Both the position numbers and the translations under genes were made by a program. DNA of 64,000 nt from Gimesia sp. (GTDB lineage Bacteria; Planctomycetota; Planctomycetia; Planctomycetales; Planctomycetaceae), in the NCBI RefSeq assembly GCF_048262075.1, contig NZ_JBLXFK010000011.1:55920-119919 (forward strand), read 5' to 3'. This document shows, piece after piece, positions 40,699 to 51,246 of the stretch; position 1 is the stretch's first letter; the number at the start of each line of letters is the position of its first letter. Below the pieces are notes generated by a model that was given only the letters and a program-made list of their open reading frames with translations, was not told the DNA's origin and made no database searches.

Positions 40699-41361
40699 AT
40701 GGAGATCAGTGAAGTACGCATCAAGTTGATGAATGATCCACACGAAAGATTACTGGCGTTTTGCTCAATTACTTTCGATGTTTCGTTTGTCATCAGAGAT
40801 CTGAAAATCATCCAGGGAGCAAAAGGTGCCTTTGTGGCAATGCCCAGCCGCAAACTGATGGATCGGTGTCCCAAATGTCACACCAAAAACCATCTGCGGG
40901 CTTCCTTCTGTAATCAGTGTGGCGTCAGACTTGATGAAAATCGAGCCGACAAAGATGACGCCGGTCGCGCCAGGCTTTATGCGGATATCGCGCATCCGAT
41001 CAATTCCGAGTGCCGTGAACTGATTCAGGAAGAAGTGTTAAAGTCTTACCACGAAGAAAAAATCTCCGCGCAACAGGCTGGTTACATCTGTCGTTATGAC
41101 GATTTCGGAGAAGAAGACTTTGCCCGCCTCGGGCCATACGAAGAAGATTACGAGGAGGCACCTGTCGAACAGGCTTCCGTTTCGGAGTCGACTCAAATTC
41201 GTAAGAATAATCAGGTTTTCCGTATCGATTCTGGCGAGTCAGGTACAGACCGTAGCCGACCTCACCACACGGCAGCAGATCAACCCACGTCCAATAAAGT
41301 TACCTCAAATGAGAATGAGGCGGGGGGTAAGGGGGATACCTTCGGATCAGGTATCGTCTGA
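40699..41361 (+). CDS. spoVG: SpoVG family protein with Zn-ribbon insert and acidic tail
   Basis: [45 protein letters not shown]. Confidence 0.88.
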   Translation: MEISEVRIKLMNDPHERLLAFCSITFDVSFVIRDLKIIQGAKGAFVAMPSRKLMDRCPKCHTKNHLRASFCNQCGVRLDENRADKDDAGRARLYADIAHPINSECRELIQEEVLKSYHEEKISAQQAGYICRYDDFGEEDFARLGPYEEDYEEAPVEQASVSESTQIRKNNQVFRIDSGESGTDRSRPHHTAADQPTSNKVTSNENEAGGKGDTFGSGIV

Positions 41362-41449
41362 ATTTCGATTCTGCTATGCGGCAGACTGCTGCAGTCATAG
41401 CAGAATCACTGACAGTTCACGTCCTCAGGTTGCCACTCTGGTATTACTG

Positions 41450-41695
41450 TTACATCATGAATAAGCCGACCACCATGATGGTAATGCCGGTCGCTTTGGA
41501 TGTCAGCATGTTCTGCAGACGATCTAAAACATTCTCGCTGGGATGGAAAGCGACAATTTCTTTCTTTTCGACCTCTTTTCGCAGTTCCGCATTCAGCCAT
41601 TCCAGTACTGAAATACTCAGGATTTGTCGCTGATCTGCTGCTGCCTCCTCAATTTGCTGAGAGCGAGTTGCAGACTCTGGTTGGATTGTCTTCAT
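41450..41695 (-). CDS. Small hypothetical protein (81 aa) with hydrophobic C-terminus
   Basis: GGAG 5 nt upstream of ATG 41695; ends GITIMVVGLFMM. Confidence 0.45.
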   Translation of the reverse strand: MKTIQPESATRSQQIEEAAADQRQILSISVLEWLNAELRKEVEKKEIVAFHPSENVLDRLQNMLTSKATGITIMVVGLFMM

Positions 41696-42169
41696 TTCTT
41701 CTCCAGGCGGAGAAGTCACTAATTGTTGCATGATAGCCCATTTCTATCCCGGTAAGTTACCGAAATCGTGCTTGGAAGACACCGGTCGCCGGGGTCAGTT
41801 TGTTTGATTCTGGTGTGAAACAGTTTTCCTGTCAGGCGAGTCAGTCAAAGGAGAGTTAGTATTATCTATCGGTAATTTCTGCGGTTTCTCCCGCATCTCT
41901 TCGTTATTTTCTTAAGTAAAACTGCTGTGTTGAAGGAAGCTGTATCGATTATAGCTGTCTTGAGAGGCAGGTGGCGTGACTGGCATTCGCCTGTTTACAG
42001 ATTGGAAATCGCATCTCCAGAATCAGATGTCAAAAGTGTTGAAATCGTCGTCATGATTTCGTACGTCTTCACTTATGTGTTGCCGGTATTGTACGTTAGA
42101 ATGTGAATACAAGATGAAGTTATGCTTCAGATCAGAATTATCTTTTGACTTTTCGGAAAGAGACGTTTT

Positions 42170-42889
42170 ATGAAATCCCTGAATCGACTTTTGCCTCTGC
42201 TTTCACTGGTCTGTCTGCTGGCGGGCTGTTCCGATTCCGGCCCGACGGAAGCACAAAAACAGGAAGCCGCCGATGAAGTATCTGCCATCGATCTTCCTGA
42301 AAAAACGTTAGAATCGTTATTTGATGTGGAAGATGGTTTCACGCTGCTCAACCTGAAAGATTTTGAAATCTTCAACGGCAAAACCAAAGAGCCCGTCGAG
42401 GGCAAAAACTGGAGCGAAGTAGACGGCGTGATTTCCTGCCAGGGTACACCGCGCGGCTATCTGTATTCCAATGAGTCGTTTGGTAATTGCACGATCCGCC
42501 TGGAATACCGTTTCCCGGTAGCCGCTGAGAAAAATGAAAATCCGAATACCGGGTTCCTGTTTTTCATCACGGGTGAAAACCGGGTCTGGCCGAAATGCCT
42601 GGAAGTTCAAGGCAAATTCGCAGAGATGGCTCACATCAAGTCAAACAGCAAAGAGATCCTGCTTGAAGTCACAGACAATGAAGCAGCCCGGGAAAAAGCC
42701 CGTCGTCCGATTGGTGAATGGAATACCATTGAAGTCGTCTGCAAAGACGGGGCCTTAACTTCTGTCCTGAATGGTACTCAGATCGCAACCTCGAAGCCCA
42801 GCGAACTGAAGTCCGGCTTTTTCGGTATTCAGTCCGAAGGCGACGCCGTCGAGTTTCGTAACATCCGCGTGCAGAAACTGACCGATTAA
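42170..42889 (+). CDS. DUF1080 (3-keto-disaccharide hydrolase-like) lipoprotein
   Basis: Lipobox LLAGC; GEWNTIEV, GFFGIQSEG..VEFRNIRV. Confidence 0.85.
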   Translation: MKSLNRLLPLLSLVCLLAGCSDSGPTEAQKQEAADEVSAIDLPEKTLESLFDVEDGFTLLNLKDFEIFNGKTKEPVEGKNWSEVDGVISCQGTPRGYLYSNESFGNCTIRLEYRFPVAAEKNENPNTGFLFFITGENRVWPKCLEVQGKFAEMAHIKSNSKEILLEVTDNEAAREKARRPIGEWNTIEVVCKDGALTSVLNGTQIATSKPSELKSGFFGIQSEGDAVEFRNIRVQKLTD

Positions 42890-42980
42890 GTCTTTTGCTT
42901 TGCAATCATTCAGATGTTCTCCTTAAAATGAATGTATGAATTCACACAACATACACATACTCAACTGTGGAGCGATCACC

Positions 42981-43841
42981 ATGAGTTTCCGATTTTTGAC
43001 AGCCTGCTGTCTGCTGGTTAGTTCCGTTCTGGCTTTTTCCTCTTACTCGTACGCCGCCGAGGGGAAGACCAGGGTGCTGATGCTCACACAGAGCAAAGGT
43101 TACACACACGGTTCCGTCAAACGACAGAAAGAAGAACTGGCTCCTGCTGAAATCGCCATGATTCAATTAGGCAAACAGTCCGGCCTGTTCACCGTGGATT
43201 GTACCCAGGACGCCGCCGCAGATTTCACGAAAGAGAATTTGCAGGACTACGACCTCGTCATGTTCTACACCACGGGCATGCTGCCCATCAAAGATGAAGA
43301 TATGCAGTATTTTCTGAACGACTGGCTCAAGCAGAAAGGGCATGGCTTTATCGGCTTTCACTCGGCCACCGATACCTATAAATCTTATGAACCTTACTGG
43401 GACATGGTGGGCGGTTCGTTTAACGGGCATCCCTGGACCGCCGGCAATACAGTGACGATTACCGTACATAATCCTGATTTTCCCGCGATGAAACCGTTCG
43501 GCAAAGAGTTTCAGTTTAAAGATGAAATCTACCAGTACAAAAACTGGCAGCCGGAAAAAGTACATGTACTGATGAGTCTGAACATGGCAAAGTGTAATCC
43601 CAGCAAGCCCTATCAGGTGCCAGTTGCCTGGGCCAAAGAATGGGGGCAGGGGAAAGTCTTCGTCAACAACCTGGGACACAATCCTGAAACATGGGCCAAT
43701 CCCATGTTTCAGGATTCAGTGATCGGAGCCATCAAATGGATACGTGGCGACGCACCGGCCGCAGTACCACCCAATCCAGAGCTTTCCAAAAAAGAAGACG
43801 AAAAAGCAGCAGCAGCTGCTGCCAAAACAGAATCGAAATGA
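42981..43841 (+). CDS. ThuA-like domain protein, secreted
   Basis: GFIGFHSATDT, FNGHPW, DEIYQY, WGQGKVFVNNLGH; GGAG before ATG 42981. Confidence 0.82.
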   Translation: MSFRFLTACCLLVSSVLAFSSYSYAAEGKTRVLMLTQSKGYTHGSVKRQKEELAPAEIAMIQLGKQSGLFTVDCTQDAAADFTKENLQDYDLVMFYTTGMLPIKDEDMQYFLNDWLKQKGHGFIGFHSATDTYKSYEPYWDMVGGSFNGHPWTAGNTVTITVHNPDFPAMKPFGKEFQFKDEIYQYKNWQPEKVHVLMSLNMAKCNPSKPYQVPVAWAKEWGQGKVFVNNLGHNPETWANPMFQDSVIGAIKWIRGDAPAAVPPNPELSKKEDEKAAAAAAKTESK

Positions 43842-43873
43842 GCTGACGAACAGCGGAAACAGGGATAGCCAGT

Positions 43874-44557
43874 ATGTCGAAAGTGATTGTCATCACCGGT
43901 GTGACCCAGGGACTGGGCCGCGCCATGACGCAGGCGTTTATTGCAGCAGGGCACACCGTTGCTGGCTGTGGCCGCTCTGCCTTTAAAATCGCCGAGCTCG
44001 CGGAGCAGTTCGGTGCGCCCCATCAGTTTTCGACAGTCGATATATCCGATGACCGTGCGGTCGCGAACTGGGCGACGACGATCATTGATCAACTGGGCCC
44101 GCCTGATTTGCTATTAAACAATGCGGCAGTGATCAATGAGAACGCCCCGCTCTGGGAAATCCCTGCAGACGAGATTGATACGATTATTGACGTTAATATC
44201 AAAGGTACCATCAATACGATTCGTCACTTTGTCCCCGCGATGGTCGAGCGTCAGTCTGGTGTGATCGTCAATTTCAGTTCCGGCTGGGGGCGTTCGGCTT
44301 CTGCGGAAGTCGCCTCCTATTGTGCGACCAAGTGGGCCATCGAAGGCCTCACTCAGTCTCTGGCACAGGAATTACCGCAGGGCATGGCGGCAATTCCCCT
44401 GAACCCGGGAGTCATCAATACCGCTTTGCTGCAAAGTTGTTTCGGTGAGCATGCAGAACATTATGCGACAGCTGAGGAATGGGGCGAGTCGGCAGTTCCT
44501 TTTCTACTGAAGCTCTCCGCCCGGGATAACGGGAAACCATTGACGGCTCCTGCTTGA
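43874..44557 (+). CDS. Short-chain dehydrogenase/reductase
   Basis: TGVTQGLG, LLNNAA, NFSSGWG, YCATK. Confidence 0.92.
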   Translation: MSKVIVITGVTQGLGRAMTQAFIAAGHTVAGCGRSAFKIAELAEQFGAPHQFSTVDISDDRAVANWATTIIDQLGPPDLLLNNAAVINENAPLWEIPADEIDTIIDVNIKGTINTIRHFVPAMVERQSGVIVNFSSGWGRSASAEVASYCATKWAIEGLTQSLAQELPQGMAAIPLNPGVINTALLQSCFGEHAEHYATAEEWGESAVPFLLKLSARDNGKPLTAPA

Positions 44558-44693
44558 GATTTTCAATCTCTCGCTCATTGCAGGATATCGAATCCTGATG
44601 GTGAATGGCATTTCACGAATGGTTTGAGTAAACTCGTTGCAGTAAAAATACGAACTTCCGTGATCTTCAACTGCATAAAAAAAGTCTTTCCTC

Positions 44694-46136
44694 ATGGCCA
44701 AATACTTCAAGTATAAATCTCCTGCCGACGTTGTAGCTGACTCTGAACGTCTGGGCTGTCCGATTCAGGTTTCCGACAATTTCGATGTCCTGTATCAGCC
44801 CATTCAGATCGGTCATTTGCAGGCCAAAAGTCGACTCGGAATTCAGCCGATGGAAGGCTGTGACGGAACCACCGATGGCTTCCCTGACGAATTGACCTAT
44901 CGGCGTTATCAGCGATTCGGAGCCGGGGGCGCTTCACTCATCTGGGGGGAAGCGACTGCGATCGGCCCGGAAGCACGGATGAATCCCCGCCAATTGATGA
45001 TCAATGAAAAAACGGCATCCTCACTGGAAAAGATGCTGGCCGGCTGCCGCGATGCACATGCGGAAGTCTTCGGTTCAGCCGATGGCCTGGTGATTGGACT
45101 GCAGTTGACGCATTCCGGGCGGTTCAGTTTTGAAAAACCTCTGCTGGCCACTCATGACCCGGTGCTTGACCCCCGTACTGTAGAGAAATCAACCGGGCGC
45201 ATCGTCGATGACAGTTATCCGTTGCTCTCAGACGACGATCTGAAACATATCGAAGATCAGTATGTCACTGCTGCAAAACTGGCGGAATCCATTGGGGTCG
45301 GCTTTGTCGATATCAAGCAGTGTCACCGCTACCTGCTCTCCGAATTGTTGGCTGCAAAAAATCGTCCCGGGGAATATGGTGGTTCTCTGGAGAACCGCAC
45401 GCGTCTGGTGCGCAACGTCGTGAAGCGGATTCGCGAAGAGTGCCCGACCCTGGTGATCGGCACCCGCATGAATGGTTACGACGGGATTCCCTACCAGGGA
45501 GCAGGCGATGACTTTATCGGCGAACCCTGCCCGCATGAGTTGCCGCTGCAAACCGCGTTCGGCACCAATCCCGACGATCATCTGCAGGAAGATCTGACGG
45601 AACCAGTCCAGGTGGCTAAGCTCCTGAAAGAGTGGGGCGTCGGTATGATCAATATCTCCAACGGAAATCCTTATGCGAATCCGCATATCGTGAGACCTGC
45701 CGAATTTCCGCCCACCGATGGCTACCATGCGCCCGAACATCCGCTGATCGGAGTGGCCCGTCATTTCCGGATTGCCGGTCAGATCCAGGCAGCAGTTCCG
45801 GATATTCCCGTGGTCGGCAGTGGCTATAGTTGGCTGCAGGACTTCGCCATGCATGCGGCCGCTGCGAATGTGGAATCAGGAAGTATTTCCATCGTCGGCA
45901 TGGGACGCGCGACACTCTCACAGCCTGAGTTTGCCAAGCAACTGCAGGAAGAAGGTAAACTCAACCGCAAAACTGTCTGCCGGACATTTTCGTATTGCAC
46001 CAACCTCATGCGCACGAAGGATCATCCCCTGGGACAGTATCCCACCGGATGTCCTCCGTTCGACAAAGAGGTTTATGATCCACTCTGGAAAGAAGCCAAA
46101 GCCAAACTGGAAGAGAAACAGAAGGCAGCCGAGTGA
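44694..46136 (+). CDS. NADH:flavin oxidoreductase / Old Yellow Enzyme-like protein
   Basis: QPMEGCD, LIWGEATA, LQLTHSGR, RPGEYGGSLENRTR. Confidence 0.85.
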   Translation: MAKYFKYKSPADVVADSERLGCPIQVSDNFDVLYQPIQIGHLQAKSRLGIQPMEGCDGTTDGFPDELTYRRYQRFGAGGASLIWGEATAIGPEARMNPRQLMINEKTASSLEKMLAGCRDAHAEVFGSADGLVIGLQLTHSGRFSFEKPLLATHDPVLDPRTVEKSTGRIVDDSYPLLSDDDLKHIEDQYVTAAKLAESIGVGFVDIKQCHRYLLSELLAAKNRPGEYGGSLENRTRLVRNVVKRIREECPTLVIGTRMNGYDGIPYQGAGDDFIGEPCPHELPLQTAFGTNPDDHLQEDLTEPVQVAKLLKEWGVGMINISNGNPYANPHIVRPAEFPPTDGYHAPEHPLIGVARHFRIAGQIQAAVPDIPVVGSGYSWLQDFAMHAAAANVESGSISIVGMGRATLSQPEFAKQLQEEGKLNRKTVCRTFSYCTNLMRTKDHPLGQYPTGCPPFDKEVYDPLWKEAKAKLEEKQKAAE

Positions 46137-46961
46137 TCAGGCTGCCTGTTGAATCGGTGCTTCTTCCACTTGCTCGTCAGCAATAATTTCTTCGACCAGT
46201 CCACCATAATCTTTGGCGCCGGGACAGGAACTGGAATAATCGAAGACAGATTGCCCATAGCTGGGCGCTTCGGCCAGTTTGATATTCCGTCGAATCCGAC
46301 TCTGGAATACTTTTGCTGATGCCCAGGGGGCTTCCGGATCGCTATTGGTCAGAAAGGCAGATAAGTCGTCGGTCACGTCAGCCGCCAGGCGGGTTCCCGT
46401 TTCATACAGACAGAGCACGACGCCGGAGACTCGCAGATCGCGGTTCAAACGTCGACGGACCAGCGCCGTAGTTTCGAACAACTTGGAGAGCCCCTGTAAA
46501 GCGAAGAAGTGTGGCTGCAGAGGAATGATCACTTCGCTGGCAGCAGTCAATGCATTGATGGTCAGCACACCCAGGGAAGGGGGGCAGTCCATAATGATGT
46601 AGTCGAACGGTTCGGTCTCTGCCATTTTGCGGATCGCCTGACGCAGAACAATTTCGCGGTTGTCGGCGTCGACCAGTTCCAGCTCTGTGGCTGCCAGATC
46701 CAGTGTCGCAGGCACGACCCATAAATTTTTGGCAACCAGTTGCCGTGTTTCGGCCAGTGTTTTAAAACCGGAAAAGACATCGTAGGCGGTCGGGACATTT
46801 CCGAACGGTTCGATGCCCAGATGTAAAGAGGCATGTCCCTGTGGGTCGAGGTCGATCAGGCAGACTTTCTTGCCCTGCATCGCCAGGCCGGCAGCCATGT
46901 TCACGCTCGACGTCGTTTTGCCGACGCCCCCTTTTTGATTCATGATTGCTATGATACGCAT
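46137..46961 (-). CDS. parA: ParA/Soj family ATPase
   Basis: [37 protein letters not shown]. Confidence 0.88.
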   Translation of the reverse strand: MRIIAIMNQKGGVGKTTSSVNMAAGLAMQGKKVCLIDLDPQGHASLHLGIEPFGNVPTAYDVFSGFKTLAETRQLVAKNLWVVPATLDLAATELELVDADNREIVLRQAIRKMAETEPFDYIIMDCPPSLGVLTINALTAASEVIIPLQPHFFALQGLSKLFETTALVRRRLNRDLRVSGVVLCLYETGTRLAADVTDDLSAFLTNSDPEAPWASAKVFQSRIRRNIKLAEAPSYGQSVFDYSSSCPGAKDYGGLVEEIIADEQVEEAPIQQAA

Positions 46962-47218
46962 CGGGAGTCCTTTCCCTCTTTCTCTTTGATAAAATCGGGT
47001 CGCTTGCTTGTTTCAAACTCTTGTGTATTCAAGTCTTAGGTCGCGATCGTCTTGTCGCAAACCCAGATGACTGTCCAGCATTTCCATACTGAAGGTGGGG
47101 CAGTATATCGGGATATTCGAATTTTGGAAACAGGAATTGGGCAGCGGAAAAGCGAATTATTTCGATGGAGTTTTATCCTGGACCAGGAAATGATGTACGT
47201 CACACTGGGGACCGGCGT

Positions 47219-47911
47219 TTACCTGGGGATCGGCGCTGAGTGTCCGGTCGAGGTCTGTTCGGAGACTCGAGTTTCTCCGGGTGCAGCCTGCCGCTGCAGG
47301 ACATAGAGTACATGCTGTGCCCGCAGGTTGGCCAGCCAGGCTTTTTCGATGGCCCGGTGATTGATAATCGGAATTTCCTGCAGGATTTCGATGCCCAGCA
47401 GCCGCATCAGATCCTGAAAATCATGCATGGACATCAGATGCAGGTTGGGGGTGTTATACCATTCGTAAGGCAGAACTTCGGTGACCGGGGCGCGCCCCTG
47501 TTTGAGTACCTGCAGGCGGATTCGCCAGTTCCCAAAATTAGGGACGACGACCAGTGCTTTTTTGGCGACACGCACCATCTCTTCCAGCAACTGCTTGGGA
47601 TGCAGAACCTGTTGCAGCGTCTGGCTCAGAACCACATAGTCAAAGGCACCATCGGGAATATCCAGCAGCCCTTCGTCCAGGTCGGCCTGAATCACGGGGA
47701 CCCCGCGTGCAATCGCGGCATGATGTTGTGTGATATCGATCTCGATCCCCAGGACCGAAGCTCCCCGTTCTTCACGCAGCCGCGCCAGCAGGCGGCCATC
47801 ACCACAACCCAGGTCAAGCACGCGGCTGCCTGGTTGGATCTGTTCCAGCAGCAACCGGTCGGTCATCTCCAGGGAAGGGTCCTGCATACAATATCGATGT
47901 TGAGCACGCAT
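47219..47911 (-). CDS. metW: Methionine biosynthesis protein MetW
   Basis: VLDLGCGDG, FDYVVLSQTLQ, YEWYNTPNLH; directly after metX. Confidence 0.92.
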   Translation of the reverse strand: MRAQHRYCMQDPSLEMTDRLLLEQIQPGSRVLDLGCGDGRLLARLREERGASVLGIEIDITQHHAAIARGVPVIQADLDEGLLDIPDGAFDYVVLSQTLQQVLHPKQLLEEMVRVAKKALVVVPNFGNWRIRLQVLKQGRAPVTEVLPYEWYNTPNLHLMSMHDFQDLMRLLGIEILQEIPIINHRAIEKAWLANLRAQHVLYVLQRQAAPGETRVSEQTSTGHSAPIPR

Positions 47912-47928
47912 GGTTGAGATCCGCTTGA

Positions 47929-49128
47929 CTAAGTCCTGTTACTTTCGGCGAGGCGCGAGGAGTATGCCTGTTCCAGAAAAGGGGTAATCATGTTATTCAG
48001 CTGTTCAATTTCGATCAGAAAGGAATCATGACCGAACGGGCTTTTGAGCTCAATAAAAGAGACATGTTTTCCGCACTCGATCAAAGCCCTGACGATCTCC
48101 TTGCTCTGAGTGGTGGTAAACAGCCAGTCAGAATCATATGAGGCAATCAGGAAGCGGGCATCTGTTTTTCCCAACGCATTGACCAGTGATCCATGCTGGG
48201 AAAGCAGATCGAAGTAATCCATCGCGCGGGTCAGGTAGAGATAACTGTTCGCATCAAAGCGTTCGACGAACCGCTTGCCCTGGTAATGCAGGTAACTCTC
48301 GACCTGAAACTCTACTTCCGGGAGCATTTCGTAAGTAAAGGTATCATGATCCTGCAGACGTCGCCCGAATTTCATTTCGATCGACTGATCCGAGAGGTAC
48401 GTGATGTGGGCGATCATGCGGGCCAGGGCCAGGCCGTAGCGAGGACCGGCGCCCACTTCATATTCCCCATCCTTGAATTCCGGATCGGTTTTGATGGCAC
48501 GTCTTCCCACCGCGTTGAAGGCAATTCCCTGAGCCGAAAGTTGAGCGGCGGAAGCCAGGCAGATGGCACCACGTAACTGATCGGGAAAACGGGTGGCCCA
48601 TTCCAGAACCTGCATGCCTCCCAGGCTGCCTCCGATGACAGCAAGTAACTGATCGATGCCCAGATGTTTGGTGAGGGCAGAATGTACTTCGACAATATCG
48701 CCGACGGTGATGAAAGGAAATCCCAGTCGATACGCCTGGTTGGTGTCTGGGTTGATGCTGCCTGGTCCGGTCGTTCCCTGACAGCCTCCCAGGACATTCG
48801 CACAGATTACATAGTATTTATCTGTGTCGAGTGTGCGCCCCGGACCAATCAGGTCGTCCCACCAGCCCGGCTTGGCTTTCTCGTCATCATCTTCATAATA
48901 ACCGGCAGCGTGGGCGTCTCCTGTGAGTGCGTGACAGATAAAGATCGCGTTATCTTTTGCAGGGGTCAACTCGCCATAGGTTTCATAGGCAACCTGAATG
49001 GGGCCCAGTTCACCGCCGCCTGCCAGCTTGAGCCAGTTCGGAGGCGCAAACAGGGTTGCCAGCCTGGTTTGGACAATCCCAACCCCTGAATCCTGCCGGA
49101 TTTCTGATAGTTCCTGTTGTGTTGCCAT
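47929..49128 (-). CDS. metX: Homoserine O-acetyltransferase
   Basis: CHALTGDAH, NVLGGCQGTTGP, GGSLGGMQ, FDANSYLY, GHDSFL. Confidence 0.93.
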   Translation of the reverse strand: MATQQELSEIRQDSGVGIVQTRLATLFAPPNWLKLAGGGELGPIQVAYETYGELTPAKDNAIFICHALTGDAHAAGYYEDDDEKAKPGWWDDLIGPGRTLDTDKYYVICANVLGGCQGTTGPGSINPDTNQAYRLGFPFITVGDIVEVHSALTKHLGIDQLLAVIGGSLGGMQVLEWATRFPDQLRGAICLASAAQLSAQGIAFNAVGRRAIKTDPEFKDGEYEVGAGPRYGLALARMIAHITYLSDQSIEMKFGRRLQDHDTFTYEMLPEVEFQVESYLHYQGKRFVERFDANSYLYLTRAMDYFDLLSQHGSLVNALGKTDARFLIASYDSDWLFTTTQSKEIVRALIECGKHVSFIELKSPFGHDSFLIEIEQLNNMITPFLEQAYSSRLAESNRT

Positions 49129-49431
49129 AGAATAAATGCTTTTCAGTATTCCAGCAAAATCATCAGCTGTCTGTCGTTTCGTTCGTTCTCAAGGAATCTT
49201 CCACACCTGATCCGAAGTAGATTGATACCCGGTCTTGCGGGAGTGGTTTTCCGTCGTTCAGACAGTATACCCAAGCTTGTTAAGAATTTCGACACGCTAC
49301 GGAACGAAAGACCTCAGATCCTGAAGCATTTCAAAGGATCCGCGGATCAGTCAGGGGGGAAAACAGGCTGACTCTCTTTATGAGCGTTTTACCAGCGAAT
49401 ACCAGGCTTAAGCTCAATGATTGCAGAGGGA

Positions 49432-51246
49432 TCAGTCTGCCAGTTCCAGGAAGCGATCCACGCGACGGTCGATAATATCAATACTTTTGTTCCAGAAATC
49501 CGCTTCACCCAGATGGTAGCCGAATGTATTGAACACGGCGTCTTCAGTTACCTGACAGCCGGTGGCAATCAGAAGTTCACGGTATTTGTCCGCAAACTCT
49601 GACTGATCGGTAAATGTATCCGCCAGTGCATAAACTCCCAGAGAGAGTAAATATCCGAATGTATAAGGGAAATTATAGAAGGGTAATTCACTGATATAGA
49701 AATGGAGTTTGGAAATCCAGAAAGAAGGGTTCCAACCGGAATCATCAAGGGCACCCGCGTAGGCTTCTTTTTGCGCTGCCAGCATGAGTTCTGAAAAACG
49801 CTCGGGGGTTAACTCACCGCTCGCCCGTTCCTGATGCAGGCGATCTTCAAACAGGAAGCGGGTGTGTATATTCATCATGAATGCCACGGAATCTCCCAGC
49901 ATGCCATCCAGAATCTGTAATTCTTCATCGCGGGACTGGGCGGCTTTCAGACGTTGTTCCCCAAGAACTGCTTCTGCAAATGTGGAGGCCGTTTCTGCCA
50001 GGTTCATCGGATAATCGCTTAGTACAAAGGGAGCATCTTTCAGCACGTGCGAATGATAGGCATGACCCAGTTCATGGGCGAGGGTCGACATACTGTCGGC
50101 CGAGTCAGTATAGGTCATGAAAATCCGTGACTGCTTCTGCATTGGGAATGTGGTGCAGAAGCCCCCTTGACGCTTGCCCGGTCGATTTTCCGCTTCGATC
50201 CACTGTTCACGAAGTGCCGTCTCTGCAAACTGGCTCAGGTCGGGACTGAATTTTTCAAACGAATTCACGACCAGTTCACAGGCACGGTTGTAGCTGAGTT
50301 CAGGAGATTCCCCCCCTGAAAGCGGCAGTGGTGCATTCAGGTCGTACCAGCAGAGTTTTTCGAGACCCAGCAGTTCCGCTTTCTTCTCAAGAAACTGGAC
50401 CAGCTTCTGTTTTCGTCGGGAGATGACCGACCACATCGTATCCAGGGTGGCCCGCTGCATGCGGTTGTAAACTAACGGGGCGTCCAGGTGGTCTGTGACG
50501 GGCAGATGACTATAGAGCGTAAGCCTGGTTCCTGACAGATGATTCAAGGCGTCGGCGCACGAATCGGCAATCGTATCCCAGGCTTTGTTGGCTGCATAGA
50601 AATTATTCTGGCGCACAAAACGCTGTGGTGAATCGAACTGGACCTGTCCCGGAGAACGTTCCACGAGTTCTCCTTTTTCCATCAGCTGGATTTTCAGGTC
50701 ACCTGAGAGCCGATCATAAAGTCGTCCCCAGGCATGTAGTCCATCCACGGCCAGTTGCGATGCCAGGATTTCCTGTTCCTTAGGGAGTCTTAATGTCGCG
50801 TTTCGTTTCGAGTCTTCCAGGAAAAACTGAATCTGCTTCAGGCGGGAGTCCTGTTCTGTGAATTGCTGAAGTTTTTCATCGGGGATTTCCCGGATCGTCA
50901 ACTGCAGTTGGGTTTCGATATTCTCTTTCAGCGGTCTGATACTGGCTAGCCGTGCCATCAGGATTTGAAAGCGTTTGTTATGTGCGTCTTCCGCGCAATA
51001 ACATTCCAGAAATGCAAATAATCCAGCCAGCTCGGCAACAGCAGTCTGGTAGTCGGTCAAAAAATCCCCCCAGAGGGAAGCATGCTGTTGGGGATCTGTC
51101 GCCTGCGATAATTCCGCAACACGTAAGACCAAGTCTTCCAGCGACACTTTTATCTGCCGGAGACAGTTCTCAAACTCGGGTTGTTCAGGATGAGGGTACA
51201 GCGAGGCCAGTTCCCAGGTCAGCGGATAAGCGGTCGACTCAGTCAT
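49432..51246 (-). CDS. pepF: Oligoendopeptidase F (M3B)
   Basis: WELASLYP, GKRQGGFC, TLAHELGHAYH, LAETASTFAE, FYNFPYTFG. Confidence 0.88.
   Translation of the reverse strand: MTESTAYPLTWELASLYPHPEQPEFENCLRQIKVSLEDLVLRVAELSQATDPQQHASLWGDFLTDYQTAVAELAGLFAFLECYCAEDAHNKRFQILMARLASIRPLKENIETQLQLTIREIPDEKLQQFTEQDSRLKQIQFFLEDSKRNATLRLPKEQEILASQLAVDGLHAWGRLYDRLSGDLKIQLMEKGELVERSPGQVQFDSPQRFVRQNNFYAANKAWDTIADSCADALNHLSGTRLTLYSHLPVTDHLDAPLVYNRMQRATLDTMWSVISRRKQKLVQFLEKKAELLGLEKLCWYDLNAPLPLSGGESPELSYNRACELVVNSFEKFSPDLSQFAETALREQWIEAENRPGKRQGGFCTTFPMQKQSRIFMTYTDSADSMSTLAHELGHAYHSHVLKDAPFVLSDYPMNLAETASTFAEAVLGEQRLKAAQSRDEELQILDGMLGDSVAFMMNIHTRFLFEDRLHQERASGELTPERFSELMLAAQKEAYAGALDDSGWNPSFWISKLHFYISELPFYNFPYTFGYLLSLGVYALADTFTDQSEFADKYRELLIATGCQVTEDAVFNTFGYHLGEADFWNKSIDIIDRRVDRFLELAD

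Noticed and set aside
49129-49431. SAM riboswitch upstream of metXW
   Set aside because: A CATAAAGAG-AGTCAG/CTGACT segment on the minus strand is suggestive, but the GGCAACC and P3/P4 core elements are missing.
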